Source: Phoronis australis
Lineage: Eukaryota > Animalia > Phoronida
DNA length: 64,000 nt
Assembly (NCBI GenBank): GCA_002633005.1
Contig: NMRA01000033.1
Span: 952,611-1,016,610 of the forward strand
Direction: 5' to 3'
This document shows positions 35,577-50,551 of this stretch, one piece after another. A program made the translations under genes and the position numbers. Every line of letters begins with the position of its first letter. The first letter of the stretch is position 1. The notes beneath the pieces are model-generated. The model was not told the DNA's origin and did not search any database. It was given only the letters and a program-made list of their open reading frames with translations.

Positions 35577-37970
35577 TTACATTCTCAGAAAGGCCACTCA
35601 AGACTTACCCGTTCCACGAGACTACTGAGATTGTCGGGTGAAGCATTCGTTGTTTTATGGTGGGACACTTGGAAAAATGCCATATCTCAGAAACGATGTA
35701 TTGGATTCATATGAAACTTTCAGATACTATATTTGATTTATGCACTGTTTTCCAAACTCTATGTTATAGTTGTTTTTCAAATGTTCCATCTTTCCACTAG
35801 GGTCTTTAAAAATAAAACTTTTACAATTTTCATGAAAAAGTTGTAAAATTGCAACATCTATTAAATTAAGTAATTTTATAACAAAAAATTATCTCAGCTA
35901 TTTCATATTTTTTCGTATTTCTGGTACAACATGATAAGGATATCCTTGAAAATCAGTTTATTTAGATGTCTGTTTTTGAAAAAATGACATCACCCCTGTT
36001 TAACGTCGATTACGTTTTAATTCCCACATGTTTCTAGAAAGTTGAGACTTAAAATACAATAAGTTGTTGATGAGCAGTATATCTGTTTTTGTCAGAGCCA
36101 TAGTATAGTAGGCCTATAGGAAATGTAGCCGTGTTGATGTTGATTTGTTTATCACGTGTAGGTAAAAACAAACGTTAAAGATGTAGGTGTAGAATTAGGC
36201 ACGGTTTTGTTTATCGGTTGTTGTCTAGTAACGCTAATGGGATTTTATTGCTGAATTAAAGTACGTTTACACTAATATGTTTTTCCTTGCTTTACTAACA
36301 CGTTTTTGTGCTGAAAAAGTGTCATCCGCCAAAACGTGTATCGTGTTATTTATTAATAACATAGAAAAGTGTTGATTCAAATGCGACACAACGCATGTAC
36401 GTAGATCTGCTGTCATCAAAAGAGTTTTCATAAGTGCTACGTTTTGGGGATCTCACCTTGAACATAAATGTCACTATGTTATGATACCCTTGTTTTCCTC
36501 TAAGGTGTCTTTCTTGTTGTTAAATTTTATTGAAAAGATATGACTCATAAAAATCAAAATTTAAATTCTAATGTCCTCGTACTTTCAGAAAATATCAACT
36601 TTTATTGAATTAAAATCGATAGTTTTGAAGGTATGTGGCTAAACAGGCAGTCCTGCCAGTAAGGTCCAACATAACCTTGAGGTTCAAGTACTTCTCGCAA
36701 TGGTCTTCGTTTAACTGTGTCTGTATACAATGTATACATGTACATGCAAAAATCAACTGGGAAGACCAGTCGCGTTGTTAAGGTAACTGCACCACTACCT
36801 TCGTTAATAGAGGTCAAAGTTCGTATTTTTAAAACCTGTGGTGAGCAAAGAAACACAATTGTGTCATGTAAGCCTGACGAATATACTTCCGGGACGTGAC
36901 CAGCGATTTTCCAAAACGCGCTTTTTACGACATTGCCGTATCTTTCACAGACGTGAAAACTTCGCACAACAAAACTCACAAAGTCTGTTTAATCGTTCTG
37001 TTTTCTACAAAAGCGCCCTATCAATCCTAGATCTAAGCTTCCATAAAGGAAGTTTTCCAAATTTTTCGCGAACTGTTAATATCTTCATTATTTCATTAAA
37101 GTTCTTGGGCTAAAGGCCTGAAATAAAATCACGTTCACACGTCTGCATCTAAAACAAGAATAGACCAAATTTGCAGAACACAAAAGAGTCACGTGACTGA
37201 AAACGTCCAGGCACTCATTTTGTATTAATAGCAATGCATTGAGATTTTAAAAAGATCTTATCGATAACTGGTATTTTAGAAAATACTTGAAGAAAGACAC
37301 AAAGTAATATAGGCAGCCAGTTACTGTATCAAATGTCGTTTCGCCGTCTTACACATATATCTATTTTTCGTTCGAAGCGACGTCATTGACGCGTGTTGAG
37401 TGTACTTTATAGCAGACCTCATTTGCGTTGTCGTTCTTGTTCATGACTTGGTATCTCATTTTGAAAATCGAAACAACAGTTCGATCAGCCAATTGTGTGA
37501 TTTTTTGCCAATTCACATTTGATTAGATAGTGAATTCGGGTTTGTTAAGTCCGATTAGGAGATTGCCATTTTTACATGGTGAGGGATCGGCCTTCCACGG
37601 ATCCGATGTTTCTTAGTGTGTTACTTTATTTGTCCAAAACGATATCACAGGTCTCTGTAGTAAAATGTGAAATGTTATTGAGTACGAAGGTCCACCGCCC
37701 CAAGGAACTACGGTGTTGGTTTTCCCTTTGGAGGTCACACTAAACGACTTCACGATACTGTACGATCTGTGCAACACGTTCATTACCTCAAACCATTAAT
37801 TCTTTCAAACAAAATCAGGTTTTGTACACTGATTTGATTTTCGTATATGGCGTTCTATTTTTAAACAAATCTGGCATTTCTTATTTCTGCCTTAATATGT
37901 GACGTCACAAAACGAACACACATCTGGGCAATTGAGTGAGATTAACAACTATAAGAACATTACTTACATG

Positions 37971-38048
37971 TATAACACTCATTATAACCCTGAATGAACA
38001 CTATAAGAGCCTTACTTATAACACTCATTATAACCCTGAATGAACACT
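37971..38048. repeat. Short direct duplication (46-bp period)
   Basis: tataacactcattataaccctgaatgaacact twice. Confidence 0.85.
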
Positions 38049-40119
38049 GTTAAATTGGATTGCAAAATCTCATTTGTTCTTCGTTCTTCCCGACTATTTA
38101 AAAATGTATTTCAGCAACCTGGCATTTCTGGTTTTCTGTATACTACCGGTAGTTGTGTTAGTGGTGACAAAGATATTGGTGGTGTTGATGCACTGTTTGT
38201 GATATCACTCCATCCAGGAGCGAGGGAATAAAATTTTGCGGTTCCATGATTACATGTCAGGCACCTCTTGTACAAGGACGGCATCACACTGTTTTGCCTT
38301 TGAGATATTTAAAAGTAATGTGGTAAAGTCTAAAATTGTACAAGTGATGTTCATTCGTTAAGTTTCCTACTGTCCGCGAACAAACGGTTGCAGCCGAAGG
38401 GTTTTGTACCAGTCCTGTCAGCTTAGCGCAGATTGCGACGAACAGTTTACATGAATTACCCAAGGAACTTTATCATATACATTCATAAAAGCTGTACTCT
38501 GAGAAGAGTTTTAACGAACTTCTAATAGAGAAAAGATCGTCACTCACCCTAAAGCTGCAATGCTTATTGTCAGATCTGTTAATTACAAATGTCTTCATAC
38601 AAAACCATATTTTATATATTCGTTGAAAGATTAGGTGCTATCGATTTCAAACTTGCTGTTTCAAGTCGCTTTCCAATTAATGACGAAACTTCGCTTTTTC
38701 TGAAGTTTCGGTAGGTTGGAAATGTTATCTCGGTAGTTAATTAATATGCAAGCGAAACTTCACTAAAAATTGTAGGATTTATTAGCGAGTCTTCGGTACT
38801 CACTGAAATTTCGGTGTAGTGGGAACAGTCAAAGCGCTGCATCGTCGAAGCTATCGGTAGAGGTCGCGGCAACGATATACATGTGCGATCACGCAAGACT
38901 CGAAAAACGTGTTCTTTGTTATTGCAGCGTAGCCTACATGCTCTCAATAGACGGACCTAAATAAAAAGAAAGCGTATCTGATGGAGAATGGCACTGATCG
39001 TTTTCACGAACACTCGTAAATGGCAGGGGAACAATTTTCAGTTAGCCGCGAACTCACAACTCAATATGATGTTAAAGCGATAACTTCGATCTCGCTGTCT
39101 AATGGAACGGTTCCCGTAATGGGAAAGCGACATCAGAATGGGTAAAACGAGTGACGGTATCAGCCCAAGACCCTAACATTAATTATCATCAAAACAAAGG
39201 AGTTTGTCGAATTCGTAAATTTTCCGGTGAGAGACATCAAGTGACGTAAATGACAAACATGTACATGTATTTGATTTTGCGTTCCGTCATGCACGTGGAA
39301 GTTTCCTAACGGAAAAGGCATCTTGTATGACAGTGAAAACGACACGTAATTTGGTAAGAGGATGCTAAGTCCAGCTTTGTCATTTAAGCCAAAACGAATT
39401 CTACTGCGTAATTAGCACCCCCGAAACATGAAAGTATTAACTTGCTAAGACACTGTTACACTGTGACACAAAGTGAATCTTGTCATTCGACTGGGTACGC
39501 TGACTTTCCCCACAGCTACGGGGGTTATGATATTTTATGAAGTTTCAAATTTCCTGCAAACTTTTGAGAGTTAACACGGGTAATTAATCAGAGTTTTTGT
39601 TTCATAGGTTCATATCTGTTTTCCAAAAACAAAGACTAGAATCATTTTAATCAGACAAAGTTTATTATTCAGAAATAGCTACCATCTCATCAGTTCTAGC
39701 GTATTAACGAAAAGAAACCGACGAATTTACATCTTCTTTGACAGTTTGTAGTAACCTTTCAACACGGGATTATATTCCTATTTTACAGAAAGAGCCTCGC
39801 AGTCAGGGGAAGCGACGTGGTTAAATTATGTCTTCGTCGATTGTCACCACAGCTTTAAGTGTTCTTCTCTGTCTCCTGGCGAAGGTAAATACGTTTTACT
39901 ACCTTGTAAAGCAACGATGTTCCTTAATAGTCTTTGTCAGTCTGGTGGTCGTATCCAACAAAAGAATAAAGGGTATGTTTGAAGGTCCAACAGTTGACGG
40001 CCTTTGAAAGATGTGATGAGTAAATCTAAAAATGGCCTCAGAGATGCCCTTGCCATGTAGCAGTAGGACAGTCCCGGATTTCATGGCATTTCAGTACCCA
40101 CAATGCTGTAACAACACTC

Positions 40120-40290
40120 AAGCAGATTTTTAGCCTCGTTTTCGCGCCATTTATATTTCGCGTGTTATTTATTGGTGGCTTCATATTTTTTCTTCTTGTC
40201 TACATTACTTGTATTCGACATTCCAATGCCTGCTAAGTTTTACTGCTGTGCTGTGGGGTGCAACTCCGAAGGCAGAAAGTTGGATGCGAT
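40120..40290 (+). pseudogene. Second THAP N-terminus remnant
   Basis: MPAKFYCCAVGCNSEGRK; upstream leader alignable to 24140-24310. Confidence 0.55.
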
Positions 40291-43200
40291 ATTTTCCGAC
40301 ACGATTCCTAGCCGGAATCAGCCCAACATTTGGGAAAACGAGGCCACTGTCCTAACGTATTTTTCTACCTCCGAAGCTATCCTTTTGGTCTATGCCATCA
40401 AAAGAAATTGAGTGTTCACTTGCCATTAAAGCGAGGTAATTGGGAACAATGGTGCAAAATCAATGTCGCTAAGTTGAGCAGAATTGCACGAATTTATATC
40501 AGACAAAATTTTTTCATCAAAATGCTTCAAATTTCTTTCCGTGAATGAGTGTTTCTTTTCCTTTTTCTGCGAGGCCTATGACTCTCGATATCCCCAGTTG
40601 ATGAACAACGTGACCTTCAGGTACCGGTCTTACTCGCACTTTGGCTCCATATAGACATTTAAAAATCTGGCATGGTGTCAAACAACACGAGCTAGACTGG
40701 TAATTGTTACCCCCGAAAAACTGTATCGTCGGGTTACCAGTTACAATTATCAGGTTATCTGGTTTTCAAAGCGTAAGTTACACAAGCTGATTAACCAGTT
40801 TTGTATAATTATGCTGCCGACAACCCGTCGTCCGAAAATTCAAAACTCAGCGACACGAATTTCAATCGTTTAATAAGTCAAAGATTGCTAACATTATAAA
40901 GTTTTCAAAAACGAGTTCAAGTTTACGCTCAAAAGCAGTCAAAAGTGAGGCAATTTCTGTAAGACAAGAGAGGTGGCAAATCCACTGGCTGTCTACCAAA
41001 GCCAAAGATTTTACAGTATCTTTGCCAAAGCTCGACATTTCTGGAAATTCGGCACTCATCTCGCACGCCAGCCCAGTGCTCGATTTCGTTCCCAAATGCT
41101 TATCCCAGAGGCTCTTCTCCCTCTGGCGTTTTTTCACACGTAAACTCAAGAGATTAACCCCAGGGTTTTAACTCCGACTTTGATCAGCACTACACACAGT
41201 CGTGTTTATGTGATTTGTTACAAATCACCAATTCTGAACAAAGGCTTCCCGTCAATAAAGGCGATGACCTTGCCATAAAACCGATTTCATCCCTTTAAAA
41301 ATCAATGGTATTGCTCTAAAAACGACTATTCGATCTTGTATCAATGATTCTGGGATTCAAACTGAATCCTCGGAAACGCACTTTTTCACACGCCTTTTAT
41401 TAACTACATTGTATAGATGGTTCTTGCTGAAGAAAAGTAAGCATTTGGGTGACTCATAAAATAAGCCGTTCATAGAAAAGTTTGTATTTTGCTCATTTCT
41501 GGTGAAGTGTATTTACACTTTGAAGTGTTTTCAAGTAATTATGTCGTCTGCAGGTCGTGTAATGTGTAAGTTCAATTTTGAGTTTGTTTTCATAGCCGAT
41601 AATGCAATCTATCGTTGGTGTGGGGCACACTCATTTCTTCATCAAGGGAGTGCAAAGCGCGGGGGGCAGCTATAAAAACAAACCAATAATACAACCTGCG
41701 TTTTTCAATTCCCGTTACCTAGGTACACCATGGTTTTGGATTGCTTTTGGAAGAGTGTGGTATTATGATGCAACCAACGTTCACGGAAAATGAATTGGCT
41801 TACTTCCCCGTCTTGGTCGACATTTAACAAGCATACCTTTTGTGTTTAGAATCTATACCCGAGATAATGCATTTTCCAATAAACTTTCACTCAAATGTTT
41901 CATTTTTAGATCATGCGCATAGTAGTTTCACTTACATGTACAAGTGTATAGGCAGGCCGTTATACACTGTATTTTATGTATGAATGTGTCGAAACTGGTG
42001 TTCATGTGTGCGCGTGTGTGTGAGAGTGTGTGTTTGTCCATTCTTAGTAATCTTTATTATAGCTCAAGTTAAATTGAAACGTTTACCATTTTGTAACGGA
42101 TAACTCCCGTTTCATTATAATGTGTAGAGTTTTACTCGAGCGTTTTACATATGTAGGCGTAATAGCCTAATTCGGGATAAAGGGTCAGTTTCATATTAAG
42201 GCGTATGGCGGGCCTAAATTCGCACACCTACGGTGATAATTTTGATGTTAAGCTACGGTTTGAGTGCGTTTTAAGTTAAACTGAGAAGCGTTAACAGTAA
42301 CTGGTAAATAAGCATGATCCTTTAAGTTAGATTTGCACTACGCCCTGTTTACCGGGCCAGATAAAGCAAACTAGCTCTTTTACAATCTTAAAATCTTTTT
42401 GTGACAAGATTCTATGTCCGTTACCAACAAGAATATCGAAATCAGCAGCCACTCTAGAAAACGCTTCAGAGTTTATTCGGGTTGGGAAACCCTGAAATTG
42501 CGAATTCGAAAACCATGACGCATCTACGCATTGCATGTGACATGACTTGGTAACCGATATGGACTCGTATCACTCTAAGGAATACCATGAGAATGATTTT
42601 CTGAGAGTAAAAGACCTCGTTTTACTTTCTGTTTTTGGCCTGATCAACAGGGTCAAATGCAGTTTTAAGGAACAATTTTCGAGCTCTTAACATTGCTTCA
42701 CTGTCATTACGTGACGTCTGTTATACCGTGGATACAAATACATTGCGCATCCATGCCGGTTTGCCCATAAAATAGGATTCCAAGTTCTAGGAAACTTATC
42801 ACGACAAACTTGTGGGTAACTTGCTCTTTGCTGGTTTTGTCATTAAATCGCAGCTGGCTTTCGCGAATTCGATGAACACTTGGTTTTGGTGTCCTGGAGG
42901 GAGCCCTGGACTGAGTGTATTAGGCTACGCACATTCTGGGTGTTCTGATAGCATTTCCGCCTTTCGGCACAATAGAAGGTGTTTATGTGTGTTTTACGAA
43001 AAAAAAGTTCACCGCATTACCAAAAATAGATTTTATTGAAGAGCACACGAGTTGGTCGCAGTGCATTGACGATAAAACATTATTCGTTCCACTTCTTTGA
43101 TCGTCTTGCCTGTCTTCACTAAAGCTAAACTAGTCACAAATGCGCTGGTCGAATGAAAAATGTGGATACCATAATTTATTCTACAGTCACATTAAAACAA

Positions 43201-44439
43201 AATAGTCATGACATCGCGTACATGTAAAGCAACACATAAAACTTAAATAACCGGCAAAATGACACATAAATAGATTTTTGTTGAGTTCGAGTGAAAATGA
43301 TGACCCGGTTACCCTATCATTAGCAAAGGTCATTTCATCTTTTTGCAGGATCCTCTCTGCAGTGGCAACAGGTGTCCTTAATTTCACACTTGAAATAGAC
43401 CGAGAATAGTAGAAACTAGTAAAAATAGCCATGATGTAAATGGCCTCCCTTTTTTTCTAAATAATTTCAGGAAATGTTTCCACGTGCGCTTGTGTAACAT
43501 GAGCATAAATAGCTTCTACAGCTCCATAATTCTTTACCTAGTGTGTTTTCTCAAAACATTGGACCGTAATATTCAAATATTTGTAAATTTTAGTGCACAT
43601 TAGTGCACCATTCCAGTTTCTGACCACGGAATTTTTAGGTGATACAGCAGCTGTGTTGTGCGCAGTGCGGTGACTAGAGCATTAATGAACCTTTAACGTG
43701 TGGCTAAATTTGCGAATCCGTAAGAAAAAAATTCTTTAATTTATCTTCGGCATTTTCTTCAGACACGTCTTCCTTTGACACTTCGGCAAAACTGTTTGCG
43801 TCTTTTCTCACAGTCAGGTAATGCACTAGAACTGTCGTTACCCAAGTTTTAGACGACAAGCCTGCTCTCAGTAGAAATGGACGCTCAGTTGTCTCGCAAG
43901 TGTGATCGTCAAGGAGACTGTTTGCCGATGCCTTCTTGCCTGTGGCCCCCACACATGACACGATGCGACTCATCGGTATCTAGCATCCGTTTATAAAAAG
44001 TTGTTAGTCTGGTATTGGATAAGTCGGTCGTAACTGCTATTAATTTCCACAGAGTACATTAACCTGACCTGGGTCTGCCGTTGTCAAGTCAGAAAATGAA
44101 AAGTTATCAATTTAACCTCAGTTGCAACTTTTGGCTCTTATAAAAATCCAGCGTGGCGCTTGCAATACCCGCACGTGCCAACGACTATCTTAACGCACCT
44201 ACGATTGTCTTAGCTAAAACGGGAACTACTGTACTTGTACGACGTTCGGTAATATAAGCTCCTGGATTGTCGCAAACACTTCACTACAATGATTAAGACT
44301 GGGCATTGAAAACTACATGATATGACTGATACAAAATCAACATATCAAAAATTAGTTGACGACCATCGTAAAACCCACGCACTGCAGGATGTGGTTGAGT
44401 TTGAATATCCAACGGCAAATACAACTTACAACATAAACG

Positions 44440-44705
44440 ACATGATGACGATGATTATGATGGTGATGATGGTAACGATGATGACGCTGATGACGGTGAT
44501 GATGATTATGAAAGGGATGATGTTGACGATGATGACGATGATAATGATAATGATTATAATGATGATGATGATGATGATGGTGATGATGATGGGGATGATG
44601 GCGACGACAACGATGATGAAGATGGTGATGATGATGATGGTAATGATTATAACGACGATGACGATGGTCGCGGTGACGAAGATGATGGTGATAATATCGA
44701 TGATT
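44440..44705. repeat. Degenerate (ATG)n trinucleotide microsatellite
   Basis: Seen directly; explains the poly-M and poly-I ORFs. Confidence 0.95.
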
Positions 44706-46492
44706 CCACAGAAACCACTGTTTGCGTTAGACTTGTCCAGTCGAATGGACAATATAACAGTACTTATCTCCCTCATGACAATAACATGTTATATCAATCA
44801 CTCGCCTTTTGCGATGGTATTGGTGATCCACTATCATGGTTAATGGCCTATTATAACAAAATTACCAAAAATTTATATGAGCATTATTTTATTTTAACAA
44901 TTGCACAGTTCGAGCTATCCGACTACATGTACGTTAAATAAGAAAAATGTCTGAATTGTTACCATAGTTTTGTAATGAGGTCAATAGCTCAATTGTTATC
45001 GAATTAGAAGACCATTACCAAAAGCGCATGACACAGAGACGTGTGCACACCAGGATAATATAGTCTTTCAACTTAGATCAAATGGAAATCATTGACAAAG
45101 TAAATCTGTATTGACTTATTAGCAAATATGAAGTAACCCGTACCTCAGCTGCCATAGTTTTTGAATATACATGTACCATAGAACTCAAGATACTGGAATA
45201 TTACCTTTCGCACGTGACCCATGCCCTTCAGTGTCAGAGCTTGCGACCCGAGATTTCACGGGACTCGTCGCGAGAATTTGCACTCTGTATGTTCGACTAT
45301 CCGCTCGACTGAGTTTTGATTTAGCGTTGTAGTCTAATTTCATTGTTTCGATTTCATTTTCAGTGAGGCTTTGTTTGATGCCAGACGTAGCCACATAAAC
45401 CCTGTTCATTAGCACAATACTTGGTCTGAGGCAGCAATTTTGCAGTGACTATCCATGCCTTGTATTTTAGTCTATAGCTTTTGCCATCTATTATATGTCT
45501 CAGAGATCAAAAGAACTTTGAAAAAGACAAAAGGCCACACTGAAACTATTATGGTTACATTGGTGGGCTAATTTGAATAGCACTTAGTTGATTATTTTTT
45601 GATATAGTTATTTCTCTCTCGATAGCAATTAGTAACAACTCACCTGCAAATATTTTAACAGTGTCGCATCGCGTGACATATAGCACATGTACGTCTGAGA
45701 CAACAACTCATTTGTGTAATGGTTACCTGTTGCCAAGATATAATGTTAATTCATTTTCTAAGCGTTATCTACATTGTATAGCATTCACTTATACTCGTGA
45801 AATAATATTTAAAAAATGAAAAATAACCTTGTAAAGGTATCTAATCTAATACTTGTGTTACCAACAGCGAACTTACCTACTGTCACGCTCTTGGTGGTAC
45901 TTTTTAAAGATTTGTTCCGCCATCTTGCCACATTATTAGAATGTCTCGCATTTTGACACACGAGGAAATTGGCATCTTACCCGTTTTTTAAATGTAAATT
46001 TCTTTGAAACGGTAGGAGTAATTAATTTATCGCAATTTTTTGTAAATGTCCTTACAACCTGAATTTCTACTATACACGAAACGGCATCAAAAGCCCAATT
46101 AATATATAATTTTGATAATGTACGGGACGCCTGACTAAATTCCTCGCAGAAACTGCACTTTGAGGACCAGTGTTATAAAATCATTGCCGTTATCCGGTAG
46201 CAATCTTTTGGATCACGGAAAGTATTTGTGGTTTGATTAGTCAATAAATAAATGATGATTGACTCTTATTCATTTTCATATTACAAGTTAATTATTTGAC
46301 TAGTTAGTCATTCAGACAATTAATTCAGCAATTTTGTCATTATTACACTCTGTTATTTTCTTCGCTTTTTGTATCAGTTTTCGTTCTTAGAATTTATTTT
46401 ACGCTTTTTAACCTGTCAGATATATGCATGCGCGGCGTAACCTCAACCGCTCCAGACCGAAATTGTCATCTCATTTCTATGAATACTGAACG

Positions 46493-46758
46493 CATGCGCG
46501 CACCCAGCCTTTAATATGAGTGCGTTTCAATTTCCGACGATATGGACCTTTTACTAACAAAAAAGCGAGAGGAATAAAAAAAGAAAAGAAAACAATGGGT
46601 ACACGTTCGGAGCTGTGAATTGTGCGTTTACGCCTTTTTAGTGGACTTTTGTCTCGTTTTCCCGGACTTTTTGTTTCTTCGAGCCGGAACTTTTTGTCCA
46701 CTTCACCAAATGGCGGGTGGCTCGTTCGAGCCCCGCGAGCCTCCTAGGTGCGCGCATA
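46493..46758. mobile_element. MITE, same family as 20016-20215
   Basis: catgcgcgcacccagcctttaat...ctaggtgcgcgcata; shared internal ctaacaaaaaagcg and ggactttttgtttc. Confidence 0.75.
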
Positions 46759-49700
46759 GTCGTTGAAACTTACCCAGCGTGGCAAGCAAATAAGTCTAAA
46801 GCACTTACTAACTGTCAGATCTTCTTTCTTTCTTATATTATAAAGGAACAGGATAAACTTGTTATTATACACGGTACGAAGCTTAAATCGAAATTTATTT
46901 TGACAGACGCAGGGTTTCGTCCTTTTAAGTAGCAGCGCATTTGCGTTCAAATAACCACCTTTTAAAGACACTAGCTCGCACTACATTAAAATTGCGCCAC
47001 GAATTGAGTACCCCCAGATGTTTTCGATTAGTTACAATAAAACAGAATTTAATCCATTTTCATCTGATGAAGCCATGCGCTTATTTCGTAAGTTGTAATT
47101 AGTTTCATAAAGCTTCACGAAAAATGAGCTCAATATGAAAATTGATGATTAAATTGGGAACAGTAGCAATCAACGTCTGGCACTGCAACGACGGAAACTT
47201 GATTGGTTTACAAAGTTAAGGGTTTTCTCGCTTAATGGGGATTTTGTCTGAGTTATTCGTTTTGTTTCCAGAACTCTTAAAGTTACCTAGTACCTTATCG
47301 GCAAGGTTGTGCACTTATCCATAATGTCTATAATTAAGCGAAATGTCAGCGAAATGAAGGACATGAACTCTATAACTAATATCCACAGAAAGTCAGCGGG
47401 TGTTGATTTTTAACTTTATACAAATTTGTCGTTAATTGGGTTACTTGACCGTCTCTTTTTTGTGAAATTTGGAAAAAATATGGGAACAACGTCACCGATT
47501 TGTAATCGTCAATTTTGTTTTTAATTAATAAACTGGAACAGCCGAAGGAAACTATGTTTGGATTCCATATATGCTAATTGACCCTCACTGCATTAGACAC
47601 GGTCATGGATTCTCTTTCCTGAACACAAGGTCCGTGTCGCTGATACAAGTAAGACTAACGGACGGACGTCAAAGATATTAGACATGGTGTACATGCACCT
47701 TGGGTTTACTTGGTACATGGAACCTTTATTGATCTGGTTCTTGTAAGCCAGGCCCCAAAGAAAACTGTTTCCAAGGCACCGCACAAAACGTTTACTGCTT
47801 GTGCATAAACTTGTAAAAAACGTCAAATATTCTAATGTCAGATGTTTAGTTAGAGAAGACCTATAACCGTTGAATGGAAGCGCTTGTGTGTGTTTGCTCA
47901 GTTTCATTATAAATGCTGATCAAGAATTAATTTCGCAGCAAAGGTCAGCAGGAAAATTTGATTGAACATTGACTTATAATTTGCCCTCCGGAGTGCCTAA
48001 AACTTGAATGTAACTGCTTCTCAATTTTAATGGCAAAAATAAAAAAACGCTCACATTTTACAAAAAATACAAATTTTAAAGTAAAAGCGTAGTTTGGAAA
48101 TTGCGCTTTCTGTAAACGGGAAATTGTGAAAGCAACCCCAAAGATAGACCAAGGTGTCCAATTCGTATGTTCGACCCACTAGGTCTTAACCGGATATGAA
48201 GTTGATCTTTCACCGAATACTCAACGCCGATAGCACGCTTGACTCAGTCGTGCGACTGACAGGCGGGCCCAACAGTGTGCTGTCTTGTGATTTCATTGGC
48301 TAGTTTTTGCCTTCCTAATACCCATAAAGTTTATAATTGGGACAATCCTAATGGCGTTTTAGTGAGAATATTCTCATTTTCCCACGTCTGGTGCACACAT
48401 TGAGTAACCGTCTAAAAATGAAACAGCAAACCTGTTGGAAATCATTTCTAAAGCGGTTGACCACTATCACTATCGCTTCCAACCATTTCCGCCGCATATC
48501 TCCAGCTTTGAGGGACTACGTGACACGCGTCAATTGCTTAATTTAAATTTAATTTATTTGTCATTAAGTCCTATCAAATCAAGTTGCGTTCTTTGATGTG
48601 AACGGTAACCGTGTGTTGTCTCGAGTTCCTTCGCATTGCAGCGGAGTAGACTGCAGGAATTTTCCAACAGAAAACACAAACAGTTGCGAATGGTTGGAAG
48701 CAGGTTAATCGTTATCTCTAAGTAAACTACTGTTCATTTGGCGTGAATGAAAACAGTACTTTGTTTACAAGAAAACATTTTAGTAACATGTGCAACTGTG
48801 AATATCTTCAACCTATGAATACCTGTAACGTTTTATGTACAGTTTCTCTTTTTACCTATTTTTAAAGTTACTTATTTTAGTTTTGATGTTCCTACTGTTG
48901 ATGTTTATTATGCTGCATGTGTGTTTGTGTGGTTGCCATGGGAGACTTGAGTGCTTTCTGTTTTACCTGAGCCTGTAGATGAATGAAATGAATAAAACAT
49001 ACCATTAAATATTGCCACTAACATGTGTTTTGAAAAAGATCAAAGTGAATCGAAAAAATGTCTAATTTAATGTACAAAAAATTAGATTTCAACCTCAGTA
49101 AAAACGGTGCCTTTTGTAAACACTGGTCACATGAAATGAGAAAAGGCTATTTACCAACACTACGTTAAGCGTTGCTCGGGAGGTTGTTTTTACACTTCCA
49201 TTTACTGTGATCAAAAGATTTCGTTCTATTGACAGGAGATATGTAAGGTACATGTACGTGGTTATCGTTAAAGGTGAGGAATAGGTGACACGCAGCAGAT
49301 GTCTTGACGAATCAATCCCAGCATGGTCTTGAAATCATTCGTCCGTAACCACAGATGTCTAAATTTAGTTGAACACGTTCACGAATTTTAATGTATAGTA
49401 ACATACATGTCTAAAATATTTTCTTGACCTTAGCTTGATCACGTTGCTTTTTAAAACACGGAAATTGCCTTAATTTCCGTACTAAATAAAATTGATTGCA
49501 TTGTTTGTTTGGCAAGCTGGGCTAGCAAACAAGCTGCAGAACTGTGATAACAACGTTATTACTACAAAGTGACAGTCGTTAGATAATCTATCAGTTGTCT
49601 GACGAGGTTTATCCGTGTTAAGAACATATTCAGACACTTTAATTACTTAATCTTTCAATACGTGAACCGTTGAAGCTATAACGTTGCTTTGATGAAGACA

Positions 49701-50067
49701 ACTTCTAGTAATATCTCTTAATCCTGATCTTGTTTTATGATTTTTTCATTATTGGGTTAAGATCATTTAATGTTATCACGTCCTCCACCCGATACCCAAA
49801 TCCCTTGGTATGCGTGGAATGCCTGAATTAATTATGCTAACACGATCCACGAATTTTCTACTTCTAAAAAGTGAAGACGATTAACAGGGAAGTAATACCA
49901 TAGATCAAAAACTCCAAACGGTTTTGAATATATGGTAATGTGTACTTTGCGTGACGGATAAAAACAGAAGCTGTACAACTTTATTAATTTCGACGTAATG
50001 TGCTTTGCACGTAATTGGGAGACATTTAATGGTTAATGGCTTATTGTTCATTCTGGTACGTTACTGA

Positions 50068-50083
50068 GCCACCAGGTGGCAGT
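50068..50083 (+). promoter_or_regulatory. CTCF-consensus site upstream of the candidate GPCR first exon
   Basis: GCCACCAGGTGGCAGT matches CCASYAGRKGGCRS. Confidence 0.5.
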
Positions 50084-50485
50084 TAATGGTCTACTGGAAA
50101 GTGAGTAGGACACGATAACACATTCAATTTCCTGGTGAACGGACAGCTCGCTATTGATTCGGACTGAACCTGGTTGTCACGACGGGCTAGTTTTAGTCGC
50201 CACAGCAGTATGGCCTCCAGGGCAATTTCAAGCGATTCCTGTGCGGGTCAGTTCAAACAAACTGGATGTGAACACGACAACGTTGCAACTGTCAGCCACG
50301 AGGCATCAAAACAGACGGGGGGCTCTATTTGCCTGTAAACGTGCTAGCAAACAGTTGATGTTTTAACAACAGGGCCCCCAAGGTCTAATTTCCGAACTCA
50401 GACTCGAATCGGCTTGAAATTGTCGACCCCTTTGGAACCCTTTCAATATTCATCAAATAACCACTTAACTGTCGATTTTCAACTC

Positions 50486-50551
50486 ATGAAAGTAGAGATT
50501 TTCAGAATCCCAAGTCACACAATAGTTTATACCACGCGACCAATTTGCATG
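50486..50551 (+). CDS. Candidate first coding exon of the GPCR
   Basis: Ends ...TGC ATG|GTGAGT (consensus donor, phase 0) and would join in frame to GCT at 55203, giving M-ASNVASG or MKVEIFRIPSHTIVYTTRPICM-ASN. No transcript evidence. Confidence 0.4.

Noticed and set aside
44322-44843. 173-aa Met-rich ORF and antisense Ile-rich ORF
   Set aside because: By-products of the (ATG)n microsatellite
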